64,000 nt of DNA, from NCBI GenBank assembly GCA_043228905.1, contig JBHGNT010000007.1:9920001-9984000 (forward strand), in the 5' to 3' direction. The notes below the pieces were generated by a model, which was not told where the DNA came from, did not search any database, and worked only from the letters and a program-made list of their open reading frames with translations. The translations under genes and the position numbers were made by a program. This document shows positions 57,601-64,000 of this stretch, piece by piece. The number at the start of each line of letters is the position of its first letter. The stretch's first letter is position 1. Source of the stretch: Azolla caroliniana (taxonomy: Eukaryota > Plantae > Polypodiophyta).

Positions 57601-59890
57601 AATATGACACGAGCAGGGATGAGTTGGATCGGAGCAGATCCGACTTCGGATAGATCGAAGATGGACCTTCGGAAGAGAAGTTCGAGTCGGCCAAGAAGGG
57701 CAAGAAATTGACATAGCAGAAACTACGCCGATCCACCCGCCAGAAGAACCCTATCAAACAGTATGGGTACAATGAGTATATGGTGCATCATTATGCGTAT
57801 ATGGTGAAGGTGACAGTTGTGCGTGAGCCAGAGAGCTACGCAAAAGCGACAAAGGACGCAAATTGGCGTGCTGCTATGGAGGAAGAGATGCACACACTCA
57901 CGGAAAATGAGACGTGGGATTTAGTGGACATACCGAAAGGAGTGAAGCTGGTTAGTTGCCGGTGGTGGGAATACAAAGTTAAATACAACACCGACGACTC
58001 TGTCAATAGGTGCAAGGCCCGATTAGTGGCAAAGGGCTACGTGCAGCAGCACGGGATTGACTACGATGAGACGTTCGCGTTGGTCCCAAAGATGACGGTC
58101 GTCCGTGTCTTGCTTGCAGTGGCAATGACGAAGGGGTGGCATCTACATCAGATGGATGTAAAGAACGCACTCCTGCAAGATGATCTTCAGGAACAAGTGT
58201 ATATGGTTCAGCCACCGGAATTTCAGTCCGGCATGAATACATCGATAGTGTGCCGATTGAAGAAGTCCCTCTACGGACTCAAGCAAGCCTTGCACACCTG
58301 GAACGCGAAGATCATGCAGAGATTGTGTCAAATGAGGTTTGCTCCATCGAAATCAAACTCTTCTTCTTTGTCCCGCAAGGTTGGAACGGGTCGGTTAGCA
58401 TTTTACTTTATGTTGATGATTTAGTCATCGCCAATGCCGACCTGGACGAAATCAGCCGCGTCAAGTCCCAACTTGTGGCATCGTTCGACATGAAGGATCT
58501 TGGGGATCTTCATTACTTCCTCGGGATCGAAGCGATCCACACCCCGGAGGGCATACTGATCAGTCAACGGCATTATGTGCGGAGTATGCTCTTCAAATCC
58601 GGTATGACGGAATGCAAATCCGTCTTGACCCCTCTAGACCGGAATGTGACCTGAAAAGGTTTTGACAGATAGTCAGAAGCCTTATCTATCTCACCATCAC
58701 CCGACCAGATCTCAGTTATCCGGTTGGATTGATCAGTCAATTTATGGTGCATCCGACCGTGGAGAACCTTCAGTGCACACACCAAATCCTGCATTATGTT
58801 AGCAGCACTAAGGACAGGGGGTTGCTGTATCGGATCGGTGTAGTCGGACAGCTTGTCAACTACACGGATGTCGATTGGGTTGGAAATGCTGGCGACCGTA
58901 GGTCTACATCCGGATATGTGTTCTCACTTGGAAGCGCCGTAGTCACTTGGGCAGCAGACAGTTGCATTGTCGAGCACTAAGGCCGAGTGAGCGGCTGTCG
59001 CGATATGCGAAGCCATATGGCTCGAGAGGCTCCTAAAGGATTTGTAGGTGGAGGTATCCGATCTGACGGTGATCTATTGCGATAACCTTAGCAACATCCA
59101 GTTGGCTAAGAACCCTATCTTTCCTATCTGGATTAAGGATATCGAGGTGCACTATCATTTTGTCCGAGAGCGTGTTCTCTTCGGTGAAGTGGAACTGGTG
59201 TATGCTCCGATGGATCAGCAGGTGGTCGATATCTTCACCAAACCCCTAGGCTTAGACAAGTTACAACATTTTTCCAGTGCACTAGGTGTGCAATACCTTG
59301 ATATGCCGAACCTGAGGGGGTGGAATGAAAGGAGGGATGAGAAAGACGATCGAAAAGCCGAGTCAGAAACCGATTTCGACTTCAACCCAACTGAAGAAGT
59401 CGGAGTGCACAAGACTACTGAAGAAGCCGAGACCGAACACAGGGGGAGCCACCGGAACGGAGAGCCTAAGCTGAAGCCAACCCAAAAAGGGGGAGGCAAA
59501 GCCGGAAAGGCGAAGACCAAGACATGGGCAAATGTGGTCAAGGGCCTAGAAGAGGACGAATTGGAGACAACCAATTCGGACAAGACCTGGAACGAATCGG
59601 AGGCAACCGATTCATGAGAGGAGTTTGATTTGGAGGAGCCGAATCAACTGGAGGCCAAATGGGCAAGAAGGCAGTGGAAGTTGACACCAACACGGAGGAA
59701 CAGACGGATCGAGAAACACTGAAGTCGCAACAGTGAAGGAGCTGAGATGGGCATGTTGAGTAGACAAGCCGACTGAGGAGGTCGAGGAGCGTAGAATCGG
59801 ATGGGTCGCAGAAGGAGGAATCGGACCGGACGAGGAGCGTCAGCGAGGCGAGAGGACACCAGAAGGCGCCGTATGAAAGAACCGGTTGCC
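54618..59890 (+). mobile_element. Decayed Ty1/Copia element (5' LTR 54618-55028, PBS, gag, PR, INT, RT, RH, 3' extension); 3' LTR displaced beyond the window
   Basis: TAGTATCAGAGC PBS, UBN2-like gag, CGYCG knuckle, WYVDSG, RSDGGKEY, YVDD, KDIEVHYHFVRE. Confidence 0.93.
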
Positions 59891-62800
59891 TATCATGATA
59901 TGGCTATCATGGCAAGACTCGAACCCATGACCTTATGTTATATGGGTTGAGCTCTAGACCATTATACCATATATTGTAATACGTAGGATATTATGTTCAT
60001 TTAAGTTTTATTATAGGAAATTAATGTATATTCCAGATTTCTTTGGAACATTCTAGAAACTTCAGGATTACTCCTAAGAACACTATAAAAGAAGGCACTA
60101 GGCATTATTTTGAACCAAATTGGTTCAACGCCAGTCTTAAGCCTCATAGCCCTTTTGTACTTACTCTTCACATAATATATCCTCTGTTATCATCATCATC
60201 TCTCTCTCTCTCTCTCCCTCTCTCTCTCTTGTCCTCGTTATCTCTCTCTCTTTTCTTCTCTCTTCCTCTCTCGAGAGTCTTACGCAGTCCCGTCCTCTTA
60301 GTACTAATAGTACTCCCCTTTTTTCAGTACTAATTCTCTCTCTGTTTTAGTACTATTCCTGACAGTTTGAACCAAAATTTCCCTCAAGTCTACTTGTCGT
60401 TTTTCCTCATCCTCCTACCCTTTTTCCTATACTATGGCTATTGTTAGCGCCCAAGAATATCAATCCGTTTTCTCTCAGCTACGGTGTCTAAAAGAAATAT
60501 TTGTTGCTTTGGAACAAGAAAACCAACGGTTGATAGGGGATCTGCAACAAATCGCTCTCGAAAAACAACAAACGCAGCAACAACATGGGGAGTTAGCGTT
60601 ACGGGTACAACAACTCGAAGCAGCATTGCAACAACAAGGATCAAGTCCCCAAGGATTTCATAAAGAGCCCAAGATTGGACTTCCTATGAAATTTGATGGA
60701 ACGCGATCACAATTCAGGGGATTCCTTAATCAGGTACGCTTAGTTATCCAAATGCATCTGTCTCGATACCCCACTGATGCATCCCGAGTCGGCCTAATCG
60801 GCACATTGCTTAGCGGCTCAACCTTGGCATGGTTTGCTTTGCTTCTAGAAAAACAATCGCCCTTACTTAATAACTTTGAAGACTTTATTAGTGAGTTTAA
60901 ATCTTGCTTTCGAGATACAGACAACATCCGGACGACGATCAACAAAATCCGACGATTGCGTCAAGGCGATCATCCAACCTCTGCCTACGCGGCGGATTTC
61001 CGTCTACTCGCTTCAAATATCTGCTGGGATGATCCGGCACTAATGGAGCAGTTTCGCTACAGCTTGCAAAACGATGTTAAAGATCTACTTCTAACCTTCC
61101 CCGAAGACCCAAAGTCTCTTACGGAAGCAATCAGTTGAGCGGTCCTATGCGACAACCACCTTTTCGAATGGCGTTCGGAACGTCAATTACAAATAGCACG
61201 CTCTAGGCCGGAGCCCACTTATGCCTCAATCGCGGCTAAACCTTTTGCACGAGACATACCTCAAGCAAATACTCTGACACCGATGGAGATCGACACCATG
61301 CGTCGACGTGGCCTGTTATCGGAAGAAGAAAAGCAACGACGACATGCAAATCGATTATGTCTTTATTGCGGTGGACCAGGGCATATCGCAATCAATTGTC
61401 CCCATATGCCAAGAAGAAAGGTAAATCAAATCGTAGCCTGTACTAAACCTGAGTCAATTCTTCCCTTAGGAGTGTCTGATAGTATTAATAGTACTAATAG
61501 AGAGTTGATAGTATTTATAGTACTAATAGCCCAAGTATCTCAAACAAATTTGAAATCCTTAGTCAATTAAATGACGAGTTAAACGATTGAGTCCAGCCAA
61601 GATAGGAGCCATTTGGTTGGACAACCCTAGATTTGTACAACCCATTAGTGGTTCCATTCCCTCCAAGCAAGTTAGCAATGTGTTCCTAGCCCAAGTCATG
61701 GTTAGTACTAAAAGTAATCCCCTAGTACATGTTTGAGCACTTCTAGATTCCAGAGGTAATTCTTGTTTCATGGATCGAAATTTTGCCCAAGCTTCTAAGA
61801 TATCCTTAAGAAAACTTCCTTGCCCCGCATCTGAAGTAGTCATTTATGGTCGTCCCATTGCTTCTGGGAATATTGTAGAAGAGTCAGAACCCATTCAAGT
61901 TGTCCTAGGTAGTTTTATGTGTGTAGTAGCATTTAATATAATTAGTAGTCCAGACCATCCCATTGTCTTGGGATTACCTTGGTTTGAATTACATAATCCA
62001 AACATAGATTGGAGAACAAGAGACGTCCGGCATCGACAACCCCAAGAATCTACTCATCGAGTTTCGACCAGTTCATTACGTGAATTACGTGAAGAAGGAC
62101 ACAAGGAGGCAATGTTCCTATTTGCAATATCAATACATCCTTCCAACGCTATTAAGGAGGAATCCTTAGTGCAACTTCTGGCGAAATATCATCCTTATGA
62201 CGATGTATTTGACAAGGTAAAGGCTGGTACTCTTCCTCATCATCATCCCTATGATTGTCCCATCGATTTACAACCAGGAGCAGAGCCAGCATGGGGACCA
62301 ATTTACAACTTGTCACCCACCGAGTTAGAAGTCCTTCGAGCCTACAAAGAGGAGAACTTGGCAAGCGCGTTTATTCGTCATTCGAAATCTCCGGCCGGTG
62401 CACCCATCTTCTTTGTCAAGAAGAAAGATGGCTCACTTCGTCTCGTCGTTGATTATTGCGGCTTGAATAAAGTCACCATCCGGAATAGGTATGCACTTCC
62501 TCTTATATCAAGTCTTTTAGAGCTAGTTAATGGTGCCAAGTTTTTTACAAAAATCGATCTACGAGGAGCGTATAACCTCATGCGGATCCGACCGGGAGAT
62601 GAATGGAAGACCGCCTTTCGCACGCAGTATGGGCATTTCGAATATACTGTTATGCCATTCGGTCTAACCAATGCACCCACAGTCTTCCAACACATGGCCA
62701 ATGATATATTCAGAGACCTCTTGGATATCTGTTTGATCATGTATCTGGATGATCTATTGATTTATTCGAAGACCAAGGAAGAGCACGATTCTCATGTACT

Positions 62801-64000
62801 ATTAGTACTAAAACGACTCCGCGAGAATGATCTTTATGCCAAGCTAGAAAAATGTAGCTTTGAGTGCAAGCAAGTGGAATTTCTAGGCTACGTCATCTCC
62901 TCAAAGGGCATCTCCATGGACCCAGCTAGAGTGGCAAATTCCACGGTCGGTACGAGATGTACAACTTCTACCGCAAGTTTATACAGGATTACTCGAAGAT
63001 TATTTTACCTCTCACACAACTTACGAAGAAGGGACAAGCATTTCTTTGGTCCAATGAAGCGGACATGGCTTTTCGGCATCTTAAGAAAGCCTTTACATCA
63101 GCTCCTATTCTAGCTCATGTGGATACAAACAAACCATTCATCATGGAAGCCGACGCATTGGATTTCGCCCTCGATAGCATCCTTTCTCAACAAGGAGATA
63201 AAGAAGAGTTACATCCTGTGGCTTTCCATTCGCGCAAATTCGATGTCGTGGAAATCAACTACGAAATACATGACAAGGAGTTATTAGCCATCGTGGATTC
63301 CTTTGTGCAATGGCGGCATTTCTTAGAGGGCTCTCCACATCAGATCATTGTCTTTAGCAATCACAAAAATCTTGCTTATTTCCAGAATGCTCGGGTGCTA
63401 AATCGACAACAAGCTCAGTGGGCTCAATTCCTCACGCGTTTTGACTTCAAAATCACATATCAATCGGGGAAGCAGCAAGGAAAAGCACATACACTATCAC
63501 GATGTTCATATCTTGCACCTCGTCCTGGTGATCCAGCGTTTGATAATCAAAAGCAAGTAATCTTGGGACCAACACGATTGCACACAACGCGGATTTTTCA
63601 CACCCCAATGGATTCCCGGATTACTGATGCCATACGTGCGAACTTGAAGACAGACAATTTTGCTCAAGACATTCTAGCGCACATTGATACCTCTCGGGCA
63701 TCATGTTCCCAATCTCAACAACTAGGTATGGACTACCGACAATTCAAATATCATGATGGTTTGTTATTCTTTAAAAAGCTTGTATATGTCCCCGATTGCT
63801 CCTGTCGCCTTCAAATTGTCCAACATTGTCACGACACCCATACGGTGGGACATTTCGGTAGTACTAAGACGTTGGATCTTGTTCAACGATATTTTTGGTG
63901 GCCCCATATGCAACGTTTTGTCGACGACTACGTTCGGACTTGTGATGCTTGCTGCCGAGCAAAGATGCCCCGACACCATCCATATGGCTTGTTGGAACCC
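59891..64000 (+). mobile_element. Third family-1 chromovirus copy (5' LTR 59891-60364, gag, pol), running off the window
   Basis: High similarity to 19200-23160; several frameshifts and stops. Confidence 0.95.

Overview
Land-plant nuclear DNA, most likely a fern or other seed-free plant (inferred from the intronless PLS-E PPR gene and Tcn1-like self-priming chromoviruses). About 85% of the window is nested, mostly decayed transposons. They comprise a non-chromovirus Ty3/Gypsy element with a ~1000-aa extra 3' ORF (plus an older relic of that ORF), four chromovirus copies from two families, at least five Ty1/Copia elements and several solo LTRs. Between two divergent host genes sits a LINE-inside-hAT-inside-LINE stack with all three target-site duplications intact. 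The host genes are an uncharacterised spliced gene on the minus strand (~35.6-36.9 kb) and a PLS-E PPR gene on the plus strand (50.6-52.8 kb). Most notable signals: (i) antisense tRNA-like A-box/B-box (Pol III) modules built into the U3 of two unrelated LTR families; (ii) covarying self-priming PBS sequences; (iii) a conserved G_UUA_AAC -1 frameshift site with a stem-loop or pseudoknot; (iv) a conserved non-env extra ORF with its own TATA box; (v) TAGTACTA over-representation in one family; (vi) an 89-bp TG...CA foldback element. All coordinates and counts were read by eye and may be off by a few bases.
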